A stretch of DNA of 64,000 bases, from the NCBI RefSeq assembly GCF_037042905.1, contig NC_087246.1, positions 6,884,001 through 6,948,000 on the forward strand. The letters run 5' to 3'. Position 1 is the first letter of the stretch. Every line of letters starts with the position of its first letter. Source of the DNA: Lytechinus pictus. Lineage: Eukaryota. Below the pieces are notes generated by a model. That model did no database searches. It had not been told where the DNA came from and was given only the letters and a program-made list of their open reading frames with translations. Below are positions 1-13,154 of this stretch, piece by piece. A program made the translations under genes and the position numbers.

Positions 1-2732
1 GCACTTCATATATCAATCAGCAAAAGTCAGATTTATCAATGTATAAAGTAACTTTGTCATTTTAATACTGCTAGCTACAGTCATGCAACTTTTTTTTGTG
101 TGTGTGAACATGTCTTACTTTTTCAATGTAGACTTGTCCATTTGATGCCACTCCTTTCTTTAATGATGAGTTTGTTTCTGCTTCACCTACCATCCTTTTA
201 TTCTAATCTCAGTTTTAAATTGACAGCAAGCCAAAGCACTCCAAGAGATAACATATGACATCTATCACACATTTAACGCTTGTTTGGAAACTATAATGCA
301 TTGTGAAAGGGAAGATTGCCGAATTCTAATTCATTTTAACACTCTCTAAAGAAGTGTAATGAACTTTGCCAATTGAATGTACTTTTCCAGTTGTTTGTCT
401 TCATCTCTGTCATGAGTCTTGTCTCTTGAAATCTCTTTTTGGAGTTCTGATTTTATCTCGCTCTCTTCTCTCACACTCTTATTATACAGCTAATATTTTC
501 ACATCTAAATAAGATGTAACTTGTGTCAATGAGAATCCTGAGAAGCATTCATCAAGTGTCTTTTCTGTGATTTTTCACATCAAAAATTTCTCTCTGCCAA
601 TCAGGTGCAAAGATTAAAAAAAGTGTGTAACACTTGTCAGTGATCAGGGAATCGCTCTATAGAATTAGTTTTGGGAAGTAATGATGTTTTTCCCTGATCA
701 TAGTATGGAACCTTATTTATAGACCCCTTGAATTAAGCAGTTAGAAGTATATATATTAAAAAATTTCCTGACACCCCCCTGCACCCTATCCAGCAAGAGT
801 AATTGAACATCGAAGGCATGTATCATTTTATAACAGTCTCATTGAAAATAAGAAATTGCCTGGGAGGAAAGGAGCTTTTAGTGGCTGTTCAGAGAGCGGA
901 AGTCGAGCCATTTTGTTGTTTGTTTTGATTAGCTTTGGGCTAAATGTCAGATTATCAGAAAAATACAACACTATCAAATGTTTCTTCTTTGGTAGGCAAT
1001 GTGACAATAGAAAAGGACATATTTTGTTGTTGGTTGACAGTCTAGGATTTGGCGGAGGGGAGATAAACAACCCTGCAACCTCCAGGCTGCAATATTAGTG
1101 GCGACAAAAGGCGTTGAATAACGTTCCCATTTCCGTGACCAGTGGCACTGCTCCTTTTCTCTCTTGCAATCAATAAGGACGGTCAACCCGCCAAAGTATT
1201 CCCAATCTCCATCCCCATTCTGCATACCAGGTTGCAAAAATATTATGGCAAGTTTAGAGTTTCATGGGCGATTGGTGTCCACGGGCCTTAGAGCATTAAG
1301 GTGTAGGGTAGATGGAGTGAGAAAGATTTGGTTGCCCTGCTGATGTTCAATCTGATATGATCTTCAAGTGGTTGCTTTAAGCTGGCCTGTCAGGATGTGT
1401 TCATTCCTATCTATTTTCCCTCTCTGAGTTTTGAATGTATCATGTGACAATACTGAACTTTTTGTTGGGGTCATTTGGTTCAATGAAAGCAAAAGCCTTT
1501 TTTCGAGTGTAGAATCATGGGTTGAATGATTGCAATGATGTGGCAATGAAGCTTATTACTGCAGGTGCCCATAGTAAGGAAGCAACAGAAAATCATCTTC
1601 AAAGATTAAAAAAAAAACCTGATGATTAAAAAAATATATATATGTTTGGAATCATAGTAAAAATAAGCAACATTAATCATTTGTTTTCTGCAATTTTCCT
1701 ATATAGCCTTCAAACTCTTAGTCTGAAAAATTCAATAAAATTGTTTTGACTTTAATTGTACTTGAATTTTTATTGTTCAGGACAGTAGTTCATATTATCA
1801 AAAGTACTCAATTGTCTCATAATTTTTTTTGTTAAAATATGTCAGTCTTTCCTTCTGAAATTTGGTCATTTTTAGTAAACGTAATTCAGGGATACCCCCA
1901 TCAATATGCACACTAGATATTTAATGATTTAGTTCTTCTAAACCATGATACTTCATACTTTTGAAATTGTCCTTTTATAAAACCCCAGTGTTCCCCAAAG
2001 CCAGTGATTCTTTATCCTCTGACCTTTTTAACCACTGCACATTTCACTCTTACAAAGCCCTAAAAATGTCAAAATGTCATTTCTTTTTATCATCTTGCTA
2101 TATGTCACTGCAAAAAAAAAAAAATGGTACTCAATTGAGAACCGGGGATTGCAACAATTTCTTTATCCCATTCTAAGTTATGATAATACCCCCTTTAGGC
2201 AAAATATTCTAGCAATAACAAAGTTCCAATTTTGCAGAAGCTGACATCCGGGCAGTGAATGTATAAGGTGCAATAATTGGAAGGATTTGGCGCTTTTCGC
2301 TCAATAAGCCTTTGCTGTTTTCTTTGCTATATTTTTTTCCCTTCAGTTTTGCCAGAGGGTTTGTTATGAAATTATGAGAAATTTCAAATTTCAGAAAGTC
2401 CTCTGAGTTATTGTGAACTCTGTTATATTATGTATGAACCAAACAATGTTATTAGTCCCCATCTAGAAATTTCACAGTGGACTTATGCAGATGATGATTA
2501 TTGCTCAGCATAGCTTGTAAATTGTCACAAATGACTTTTCGCGATGAGGGTTAATATTGACTCAATTATCAAGTTCAGATTGCACTCAAAATGCAATTCA
2601 GCCCAATGGGAACAGGTACATGTAGCAGGAGAATTTCATTGTATCTACAGACTGATTAAAGAAAAGTTGAATCATTTGAGGAACATACACAAACCAGAAC
2701 CAGTAATATATCAAATAATTCGGAATGGCTTA

Positions 2733-3287
2733 GATATGTAAAGAAACATTGTCATTCTTTAGAATGAATAATCTCAATCCTACCAAACTGACTCCGCATC
2801 GATCATCCATTCCTTTTCCATGAGATATGTAAAGAAACATTGTCATTCTTTAGAATGAATAATCCCAATCCTACCAAACTGACTCCGCATTGATCATCCA
2901 TTCCTTTTCCATGAGATATTAAAGAAACATTGTCATTCTTTAGAATGAATAATCCCAATCCTACCAAACTGACTCCGCATTGATCATCCATTCCTTTTCC
3001 ATGAGATATTAAAGAAACATTGTCATTCTTTAGAATGAATAATCCCAATCCTACCAAACTGACTCCACATCGATCATCCATTCCTTTTCCATGAGATATT
3101 AAAGAAACATTGTCATTCTTTAGAATGAATAATCCCAATCCTACCAAACTGACTCCGCATCGATCATCCAATCCTTTTCCATGAGATATTCAAGAAACAT
3201 TGTCATTCTTTAGAATGAATAATCCCAATCCTACCAAACTGACTCCACATCGATCATCCATTCCTTTTCCATGAGATATTCAAGAAA
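2733..3287. repeat. Minisatellite, 90-bp unit, about 6 copies
   Basis: agaatgaat recurs at 2761, 2852, 2942, 3032, 3122 and 3212. Units differ by only a few substitutions. Confidence 0.97.
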
Positions 3288-5189
3288 ATACAGTGAGAAA
3301 TCTGAATTTTTAAACTGGCTTTTACATAAGTTACTTGTAAGAAATGGGACTTTTTGAAATAAGTTACCTCAATGCTACCAAACTGGTTTCCCAATTTACC
3401 AATGATGAGCAATGCGTCTCCATTGGATGTTTTATTTTACCTGTACCGTTCTGGGCAATCAGCTTTGAAAAAAGATGCTTGAGCTTTCTGATGATAGAGG
3501 CTACAGACTAGTCTAGATCCCATAGTCATCCCATTAAATAGGTTATCATGAGTGAATAAAGATGGTGAATAGAGAAAACTGCCTATTTGATGATCATTTA
3601 ACATGATGTCCTTTGACATAACCAAAGTTAAGTAAGGCCTAATGAATAGAAGCTATAAACATAATCAAGTTGTGATCAGCAATGGATCTAGAGACTCTTT
3701 CTGGACAACAGTTTCACTTCCAGGGAAGCATTACCTGAAGCTTTGCCACAAAGCCTGCTAAAATTGCCAGAGTGTCTTGGGATAGGTCCCCATCGGCACT
3801 AAAGTATCAACAGGGAGCTTCGGACAGGGATTTATCCACCATTTCCCTTGTGAGGGTTTCAGAAGCAAATAGATGGAACAAGTTTAGTTTCACCCAGAGG
3901 AATCCAAACTGTTCATAATTGCCTGAAGATCTCTTCCTGCAGCTACATAACATTGTAAGTGTGAACACATCACATACTGTTGGCAGCAATCAGGTTGTCA
4001 GGCTCTTGAGGAGATAGGGGATTGCTTTTTTGATATCCTGTGAATCCGGGTGGTTTAATGTGGCTCGAAAAACCCATTACTTGGGGTTGCTGCTAGATTA
4101 TTGTGAAAAGAAGCAGATGGATATTTTGAAGAAAGCTTGTACATGGTCTGGTAATCCTCTACCTATTCCTCCCTATGATATACCTTCATGATCTTGCTTT
4201 ATCCTTGGGACTATTTGTCACAGTGGGGTGGAACCAGGCAAAGATGAATGTCACAAACAGAACGAGTCACCAACAAGAAAATATTGCACTCCTAAACAGA
4301 TTCAGATTTATTTCTATTTAGTACAACAAATTTTCATTGAAAATAAGATGGCCAAACAGAGATGACAATTTTGTTTTTTTGTTCAAAATTCTAACAAATT
4401 GTTTTAGAAAGTTAATTTTTTTATGAAGGGGCAGAGGGATGGGGATAAGGAATTCTGTGAATGTACGTTTATTTTTTATTCAATTGTAAAAATGGCTTGC
4501 TTTTCTAATTTCACTAGAAATGGTTTCCCTTAATTTGAAACATATGAGTATGGTTGTATCCTAAATTTGATAAAATTGACAAGAATTTTGCAAAGATAAT
4601 AAACATTTCCCAACATCAGTCATATTAATTTTTTTGTCTACTTGTCCAAGTGAAATTTGAGTACACTGTGCTATTGTTGTTATCTTGAATGGACTGTAAT
4701 TTTCATAAATGGATGGCCTTTTTAAACTTATGACAAAGGAACTAGAATTTTGTTTCATCTAATAAACTTTGATGCAGAGCCGTGGAAATCGTAAAATACA
4801 TCAGAAGAAAAGAGTATATAGACTGCCCTTTTTAAAAGGCTTTTAGTCTAATCTTGGGTTTACTTTTATCTCAAGTTTTAAGTTGTGGTTTAACTGCGGA
4901 TAGCAAGTTTGTGAGGAAACAACACGGTAAAAGTAGGGGCAGTGGAACTATAAGGTGAAGGGGAGCCCCTCTGCCACTTTTTTTTCAATAAACGCACATA
5001 AATGTTTTCATAAAATGCCATGGGATTGTGATGGTTTGCATTGTATACTCCCACGTTTGACTCAGTCTCCCCCTCCCACTCTCATGCCCATTCCGGCTTC
5101 TGTAAGAAAAATGCATGTTATCAAAATTTGGGCATTTTTTTTTTTTTGGGGGGGGGGGGTTAAGACTATGGCATAAGGTAGTCTAGATC

Positions 5190-5648
5190 TCAAAGGTGAA
5201 GTATACCATGAAGTCAAGCTAGTTTTGGAAAAGCAGAAATTAAAGAAACATATTTAAGGTCTGGTGAAAATCCAAGGAAAAACAGAGTTCTGAATTTTAT
5301 GAAAATTGATTTTGCAATGTCACATGCAAGTATGAAAGTATTATTTTTCTCAGAAATAGTGAAATAGTTCCCCTTTGCATTTGATATACAATCCTAGACA
5401 TTGTTTCCATACACTTTTTGAAATTTGTTTTATTACCTTTACCTTTTAGAACCATTTAAAAATTATATTTATGTTATATATACCTATAGAAGAGTAGTTT
5501 GCATTTATGGTAACTTTATGGAAACTTTAAAAGTTGACAATATGTAACTTTATAATTCTGTGATTTTAAGGGCACATCTTTGATAGGTTCTTCTCATTTT
5601 TATGTTATTTATTAAATCTTACTTGACATCTGGTCGACTTATCCTTAA
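5190..5648. mobile_element. Degenerate Kolobok/T2-type MITE
   Basis: Left aaaggtgaagtatacca and right tggtcgacttatccttaa form an imperfect inverted pair. Arms loosely resemble those of the 18288-18958 element. Confidence 0.35.
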
Positions 5649-6651
5649 AGCAGCAATAAAATATAATTTTTTGTGTTGGCAATTTGAATAATGTAATCTG
5701 ATCAAATAAGGCTTTTAATGTTTTGTTATGAATAAATTAAAAATCAAGCTTACTTCCACTGACAGGACAATCTTGGTAAATACCTTTTTCTGAAAAATAG
5801 TAAAACCTGAATAAAATTTCCTCCTGTTAGTGAACTAAGATTTATCAGAAATGAAGGTATAGTGACATGTATTCATATTAACATAAGATTTGGGAAATAA
5901 GATGTTATAAGAAGTGAGATAGTGGTTTTAACTTGATATTTGATTGATTAAGCTTCTAGGGAGATCAGATGGAGATTAAAGGAGATAAGTTTCTAAAATT
6001 AAGGATTGAATTTGTCAGATGAAGATACACAAGTAGCATCTTATTGTCATCTAGAGGATAGATTCTTACCCGTCCACTTCCTGAGTAACCTTAAATATAG
6101 CAGCCATGTTGATGAGAATTCTGGTCTTTGGAATATTTTGTTCCTTTTTTTATATTAAGATTGAAGAGAGAAACCATCCTAAGTATTTTTATGTAGATCT
6201 TTGGAAAATAGATGATGATTTTATTTGTGAGAGTCATTGATTTTATCAGTTTGACAAAGCATTGTGAAATTTGTTTAACATTAACAGGTGTTAAAGTGTT
6301 GTGTAAAGAGTGTGTGCGACTGAGTGAAGGGAGATGTGACGTCCAGCTCTTGTCAGCTTGAGAGTCGCACACCGGTCAGAGACAAATTGCAAGGAAAATC
6401 GTAAGGATTTGACATGTTGAATCCTTACAACTGGATCACAAGCTCAATCCATTTTCCAGCCAATCAGACAGCAGAATACCGACGCATACATGATATGCAA
6501 CGCGCATATGCAGTAGTAAGCGTCATTTTCTCAGTTGCTATGGCAAAAAACAAAAGGCGCTTTCGTGAATCGCAAACAGCATGGTAGCCGAATCACAAGG
6601 TGTGCGGTGGCCTTTAGCTGTGGAACAGGAACAAGCTCAAGCTGTGCTCTA

Positions 6652-7184
6652 GGGTGTGTTTATGCGCCACTTTTTGTACCCTTGAATCATGATTCAAAAG
6701 AAGATTCTGTAGAATCATGATTGCGTTAAGTAAAAAGTAATCATGTTTCAAAATCATAAGCATGAAGTACAAAAAAAGTGGCATTTGGAAAGATGTTTTC
6801 GCAGAATCATGTTAAAAAAAGGTCGAATAAACTGAACGGTGATTGGAATCATGATTCTGACGTCATTGTGTCAGCCTACTTCCGTGTTTATGCCATACTG
6901 TGCGCTACCATTGGTATTCTACACTTTTGCTACACGAAGTAGCCATGCACTTGAACCTTGCGTGTATAAAAATCAATGTTGTGTATCATTTGCAATTAAA
7001 AGCACTTTGAAGTTGACCTATAATTCCTGGGTCAAACTGCGCGCTACGATGTGCACTTGCTAGGCCTGAAGTGAGGGAGAAAGGGACAGTTAAACCCTGA
7101 TTCTGCAGTTACTGTGATTTATGTTTGTGTTTTGAATCAGGATTCAAATCATGATTCTGGCAAGAGATTGCAATAAACACAGCC
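6652..7184. mobile_element. MITE (possibly Harbinger-like) carrying repeated GAATCATGATTC palindromes
   Basis: Termini gggtgtgtttat / ataaacacagcc. Palindrome ttgaatcatgattcaa at 6682-6697, with variants near 6712, 6847 and 7133-7157. Confidence 0.6.
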
Positions 7185-7219
7185 TGAGAGAACTAAAATT
7201 ACTGCTGTAAGTATGACAT

Positions 7220-7775
7220 CCAGAGAGACCACTCCCCGTATGTGTATTGCTGTACACATGCGTGACCAAAGACCCCCTAAACAAGTTTTTCTCTGTGTGC
7301 AAAATAACCCCCAAACAAGTTTTTCATGGGCTTCATTTACAAATTTTGGCCCCTAAACAAGTTGTCACCAGAATATTACCCTTAAACAAGTATTGTCTAC
7401 TTGCTAACAATAACCGTTTTCCCATTTCCCAGGCCTGTTCCCAGGGTCGTTACTTACAATCGGGAAGAACCAGAACACTTTTCAGAAATGAGGAGGAAAA
7501 AGTCATGGGGAAAAAGCTTGGGGGAAAAAACATACCCCAAACACGTTTGGCTAGTCTTAAAATAAAAGCTTTGAAACATACCCTAACTACGTTTGACCCA
7601 GCAATTGACCATACACCAGTCTTTCAAAACCACCACTTTTTTGAAAATCAGTGTTTTGGATACCCTAAACGAGTGCACACAAGGCCCGCGTCCAAAAATG
7701 AAAAAAACACCACCCCTTTAAACACGGTTTTTGGGTCACACATGTGTACAGCGATATATTTGCCTGGCCCCCCGG
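7220..7775. mobile_element. MITE with subterminal inverted repeats and about 8 internal CCCTAAAC-type motifs
   Basis: attgctgtacacatgcgtgaccaaa (about 7245) pairs with tttgggtcacacatgtgtacagcgat (about 7730-7755). Right end tggccccccgg. Repeated acccctaaacaag/cacg motifs. No clear TSD. Confidence 0.7.
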
Positions 7776-8443
7776 ACCATCCGTAAAGGCCGTAATTTTA
7801 GCACAATTTTTGTTTGTGATGCAGATTATCTAAGAAAACAATTATTTGTGTAATGTTACTGTCATCTGATCAGTTTAAATAAATACTCTGAATTACATGA
7901 ACCCCCCCCCCCCCATGGATTTAGGGATGATTTTGCACACTTTTGATGGGGCATGTGTACAACAATCAATTTGAATGGTCATTCTGCGCAGGTTTCATAT
8001 TTTCAAAGTTTCCTTTTTGTCACTTCTCTCAGTAAGCCTTGATTTGAAGTCTGTTCATGAAGGCTTGGACGAGAAGGATAAAGGTGTTCTCCATTGTCAG
8101 GAATTGAGTTAGAAGATGGCTTATGAGATCATGATGTTCCATCTCGATAGATCCATCAGTTAGGGTCAGATAGACATTCATTCTTTGTGAAGGATAGGAA
8201 TCTTATGCCTTTCTGGCTCTCAAGGTGTTATGTGAATGTGATAGGGGTTAGATGAGAAGGGATCTAGTATTAGCCATGAGGGTATTATCTCCTGTCACTT
8301 GGGAGATAGAAGGATGCTCTTCAAATATCTTTATACAGCCGATTGTGAGGGGGTAGAATAGGGGGACTTTAACTTCGTCTAGAACATATCACTGACAGCT
8401 TATCCTACTTCTGAAGAAGGATCCTTACTTTTTACCCTTCAGA

Positions 8444-8919
8444 AGGTGGTTTCAAACCGCCTCGATCACAAGAATCCCCGTTAAATTACGAGAACATTTT
8501 TAGGCTAAAAAATACCCATTAATTATTCCTGCATTCACACCGCCCCGAAACATACTCTTCGGGATAAATTCCTGAAGTTAGGAGCATGCACAGTATGGTC
8601 TAATAAGCAGGCAAGGCGCGAGATTCAAAACCACTAGCCCAGCAGCCACCCACGGCGCCCGCGCCCAACGACACGCTGGGCTAAAAGTTCCCGTAAATTG
8701 CTTTCACATTGCCAAAATACCTGCGACCTTGGAAAAATCCCCGCGAAAGTTCTCGTAATTTTGCCTCGTACCTACTATTTAGCCGGTATTTTCTTTTGGG
8801 GAAATTACGCGTAGTTTGCTTTCACATTACCAAAATACCTGGTATTTTCTGATCTGGGGAAATTTCCCGATCAGAGAATACCTGGAACTGACAAACTTCG
8901 AGGCGGTCTGAAACCACCT
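8444..8919. mobile_element. MITE family A, short copy
   Basis: TIRs aggtggtttcaaaccgcctcga / tcgaggcggtctgaaaccacct (1 mismatch in 22). Homologous to 37397-38257. Confidence 0.9.
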
Positions 8920-9608
8920 ACTATTACATTTTGGACGCATATTCCAGCTATTTTTAGTAATGTGAAGTTTAGAACAAGTTTTTTACTTTCTGAATCATCC
9001 AGGATGTTTATCTTGGATTTAATGCATTCATTTTAGTTGATGAGTCACAAGTTTTATTTCACAATATTTCCCTATACCCTTTCTTGTGGATTTGATGAAG
9101 TTCTCAAAGATGGAACTTTCCTTTTTGCACAAGTCTTGATATTCTTTGTCATGAAAAAATTCCTTTGATGTCTCATTATTAAATATTAATGAGGTTGATG
9201 GTTTTGGGGTAGGCAATAGAAATGAATAATGATACTCCATGTTTGCAATTAAGGCAAGTATACATAGTGTGAGCCAAAGTGGTTAGTATGATCTATTGTG
9301 TATCATGATTGATGGTACCGTAATGGAAGTTGTTTTGTGGGGTTATCAAGACTTTAGTAAGAAGATGAGAATGGCAAATTTATTGTTTTGTTTGTGCTTC
9401 ATTTTAATGTCAGGCTTCATGTTCGTAATGATATTCCAAGAATGATTACACATTTCAAGCCAGAGATTGTTTTTAGATTTTTTAAAAGTTCTATTTTTAG
9501 CACTCCAGTACCAGTATTTCTTGAATGTAAATGCTGTTGGTTTTCTTAGTTTCCTTTAAAAATATCTGTGATGGTACAGTCAGATATCAAACATCAACTA
9601 TTTATATC

Positions 9609-10113
9609 TTGTATTGTACAACGCCTACTTAGCTTGTTGTACGCGAGCAAATGGGAGACTGAATGTCAAACATTCGTACCGTTGCACAAAAGACGTACCA
9701 TCAAAAATGTACCGTTGCACGGCTTTAGGAGGTGACGTCACAATACGATTTAATTCATTGCGCTCAGTAAAAATGCAGGTGCAATACGCGTATAGCATGC
9801 TGGCTAAATGCGCAATGCTGCCCGAGGTACGTGTTCGCTTGTGGGATTTTGCTTTTCACTTTCCATATTTTTGCTCCCTTTTCATACATTACTGCAGGAA
9901 AACTCTTTGTTTTTTCATTAATTCGCTAAACTCTGAGGCGTTGTACAACACAAATAGCGAATATTCTTATTCGTGCAATGGTGCGAGATTTCGCATTCGG
10001 TGAAAGAAAGAAACACTCTATTCAACTCGGCTAACGCCTCGTTGAATAGAGCATCTTTCTTTCACCTCATGCGAAATCTCGCACCATCGCACTCATGCCT
10101 ATTCGCTATTTGT
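9609..10113. mobile_element. Non-autonomous element with two abutting inverted-repeat systems (Crypton-like)
   Basis: ttgtattgtacaacgcct (9609-9626) pairs with aggcgttgtacaacacaa (9936-9953). An overlapping hairpin with arms of about 75 bp spans 9950-10113, with loop tcggctaacgcctc. No TSD seen. Confidence 0.65.
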
Positions 10114-10390
10114 ATACTGTAACTCCAACTCTATGACCCATATTATATATCTTGCTTTCTAACTTTAGCTTTACACTCATGTTTACAGCAAGCCATGAAT
10201 CTACAATTACCGCTCTCCACCCAGATGGAGGATAAAAATCCTTGAACACGTTGAGCCACAAAGTAGTTATTCTTTTGAGCCTGAGTGACATTACCAACCT
10301 CTCTGTCTTGTGTGTAAATAAGAATCCAAAAACATTGATGAGCTTCAAGTAATTTTCAGAAAAATCGTTTTGTGTTTTCCTCAGGTGTGA

Positions 10391-11214
10391 TTTTTGTCTC
10401 GCCTGCATAGCAGAGCGAGACTATAGGCGCCGCTTTTCCGACGGCGGCGGCGGCGTCAACATCAAATCTTAACCTAAGGTTAAGTTTTTGAAATGACATC
10501 ATAACTTAGAATCATAGAAAGTATATGGACCTAGTTCATGAAACTTGGACATAAGGTTAATCAAGTATTACTGAACATCCTGCTAGAGTTTCAGGTCACG
10601 TGACCAAGGTCAAAGGTCATTTAGGGTCAATGAACTTTGGCCGTGTTGGGGGTATTTGTTAAATTACCATCCTAACTCTGAAAGTTTATGGATCTAGTTC
10701 ATAAAACTTGGACATAAGAGTAATCAAGTATCACTGAACATCCTGTACGAGTTTCAGGTCACATGACCATGGTCAAAGGTCATTAAAGGTCAATGAAATT
10801 TGGCCATGTTGGGGGTATTTGTTGAATTACCATCCTAACTCTGAAAGTTTATAGATCTAGTTCATAAAACTTGGGATATAAGAGTAATCAAGTATCACTG
10901 AACATCCCCTGTGAGTTTCAGGTCACAAAACCAAGGTCAAAGGTCAGTTAAGGTCAATAAACTTAGGCCATGTTGGGGTAATTATTGAATTGCCATCATA
11001 ACTTTGAAAGTTTAGAGTGAATGAAATGTGGACATGGGTGTAGTTGACAAGTCTTAAGTCACCGTTCAAATGTCATTTATGGTCAATGAAGGTATTATGT
11101 CATTATATGAATGGTGTTTTTGTGAATGATTATTTTATAGTAGTTTTCAGTTAGCACTGCTGCTATATTAAATCGCGTAATGCAGGCGAGACTGCCAGAG
11201 GCATTTCACTTGTT
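10391..11214 (+). mobile_element. Non-autonomous Helentron (HINE/DINE-1-like) with internal 163-bp tandem repeats
   Basis: 5' T-run, subTIR gtctcgcctgca (10396-10407), nearby short IR gcgagac and a (cgg)n microsatellite. About 3.3 copies of a 163-bp unit (ctagttc at 10531, 10694, 10857). 3' subTIR tgcaggcgagac (11181-11192), stem-loop tgcc-aga-ggca, terminal cttgtt. Confidence 0.85.
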
Positions 11215-12528
11215 ATGGTAATTTGTCCTTATTTGAATGACTGATTAGGTTGTAAATCCTGGCACATGTCATTCACTGCGAACCAGACTTCAAAGAAATT
11301 GTAATATTCAACATTCGATATGAATATTCCAACTGATAAAATCTTAGCTATCAGAGTTCAGAATAGTGGTAGGAACACTGAAATTGAAATTCAGTGTAGT
11401 TCGAGCCTCTCCGTGGGAATAAAAGCATATTAAATTCCATAAGTCATAATGATGCTATCATTGGCTGCGACTTGAAGCTGATTTAGACTTTACTCCAAAC
11501 ACAGGGCTTGTTGCAAAGCAAATTTATGATTTTATTATTCCTAACATTATGCAGAACTTCAAATGAAATAATTTTACTTTTTGGAAGTTTCATATTTAAC
11601 GTCAAGTATGATTTATCAAAAAATTGTGTTGTATTGGATCGCTTGGTGTGCGCTGGGCTGAACATTGCCTCACCCCTCTTACCTTCCATATCCAGACAAG
11701 ATGGGGGGGATGTAGTATAAAGAGACACACAAATAATGTTAATAATAAATTTTACATGGTTTGCCATGGACTTAAAGGTTATGTACATTCAATTCTATCT
11801 TTTATTTTAAAAAAGCAAATAATATGCTTAACCTAGCAGAGGAAATTCTAGCTGCTTCTCAAGTGAATGAGAATTGGTTTGTGCAAGAGGGTGTACCAGT
11901 GATGTGCGTGTGCATGCCAATGTCACTATATTTGAGATTTTCCCATCTGCATAATAATGAGAGCAGGCAAAGCTGGATTAGCTTGCCATGTCAGGGAGAT
12001 GTAGAAAGAAGGCACCTGCATGACTTGGATTAGAGTTGAGTTTCATCTATAATGATTGCTGTCAAGGAAAACTGACTGGTTTGTGTGAGGAGGGAGTAGG
12101 TGGTTGTAGGGAGTTATTAGGGCAGGGGGGGTGGGGGTAAACCATCCTTTGAATTCTGTCCTCAGATTCATAATTTATTGATAAAATCTGCATATTTTCA
12201 CCAATTTTGCTGGCTGCTTAGAAGGGAGTAGCCTTGTAAGATGTGCCTTGTGCTTTTGCATTTACATTGTGAATACCCAATATGCCACTAACATCACACA
12301 TTTAGACCTGTACACTATGTGCGTTATATAATGGATCAGCAGTATGAACTGGGAATGGAAAGTTTGCTTAAATCGCTCCAAAATCGAATAAACTGTTCTC
12401 TGTTATGACAACACATGCATTTCCAGTATACCTGCCTGATTTAAGTTTGTCAAAATCCTTGCTTTAACCTTTTCATAAAAAAATTGTTGATTTCTGATTA
12501 CTTTCAGTTTTTACATACAAGGCGTAAT

Positions 12529-13154
12529 ATCGTTGGCGGTCATCCGAACCTTCGTATCACACATACGACGGTGCAAACCCAATGCAGAGAAAATCGACTT
12601 CAAAGTTTACTATAATTTTCACACTTAGTTCTCCAGCCTTACAACATATTCATTGCTTGAAAACTACATGGTTGGAAAGACCAAGAAAATTGCTTGACAT
12701 TGATATCTTTATTTTTACACAAAAGTAAGGATCTTAGAAAATATGGCAAAAGAGCTACATGATTTTAATTTCGGTTTGAGCAACTTATATTTTCCCTGTA
12801 TAAAAACGCCATAGGAAAAAAGCGATACGACGTTTTGCCTGACCGCGATTTCAATGCGCGCGATCAGTCAAAACATTGTATCGCTTTTCATGTGCAAAGT
12901 CAATGCAGTGCCCAGTGCCGATACGACAGTTTGGTTGACCGTGCGCATTGAAATCGTGGTCAGTCAAAACGACGTATCGCTCTGTTACAGTACACGTTTT
13001 CAATGGGATTTGCGCATTTTATTAAAAATTTGTATGGCATCGCCTTGAAAATCCTCTCGTATCTCAAAAAATAAAATAAATTGCTGCCTAAAAATTTAGT
13101 TATGAATAGAGTAGGACTTGCACTTTCATTTTCTGAAAAAATCTCAAAATCGAT
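12529..13154 (+). mobile_element. MITE family B, copy lacking the right TIR
   Basis: Starts atcgttggcggtcatccgaac and is collinear with 46374-47030 up to atctcaaaatcgat. Confidence 0.9.

Noticed and set aside
2803..3171. 122-aa ORF with a 30-aa repeat
   Set aside because: By-product of the 90-bp minisatellite (unit length divisible by 3). No splice or protein-family evidence.
5135..5160. (T)n(G)n homopolymer junctions, also at about 41034, 49088 and 60433
   Set aside because: Simple-sequence runs, often associated with repeat ends and prone to sequencing length error. No evidence of function.
6361..6617. Possible Harbinger MITE (gcacacc ... ggtgtgcggtggcc)
   Set aside because: Only about 8 bp of terminal complementarity is recoverable, so the boundaries are unsupported.
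7247..7786. Longest ORF in the window (179 aa)
   Set aside because: Lies essentially within a MITE, starts at a non-ATG codon and shows no transposase or other recognisable motif.
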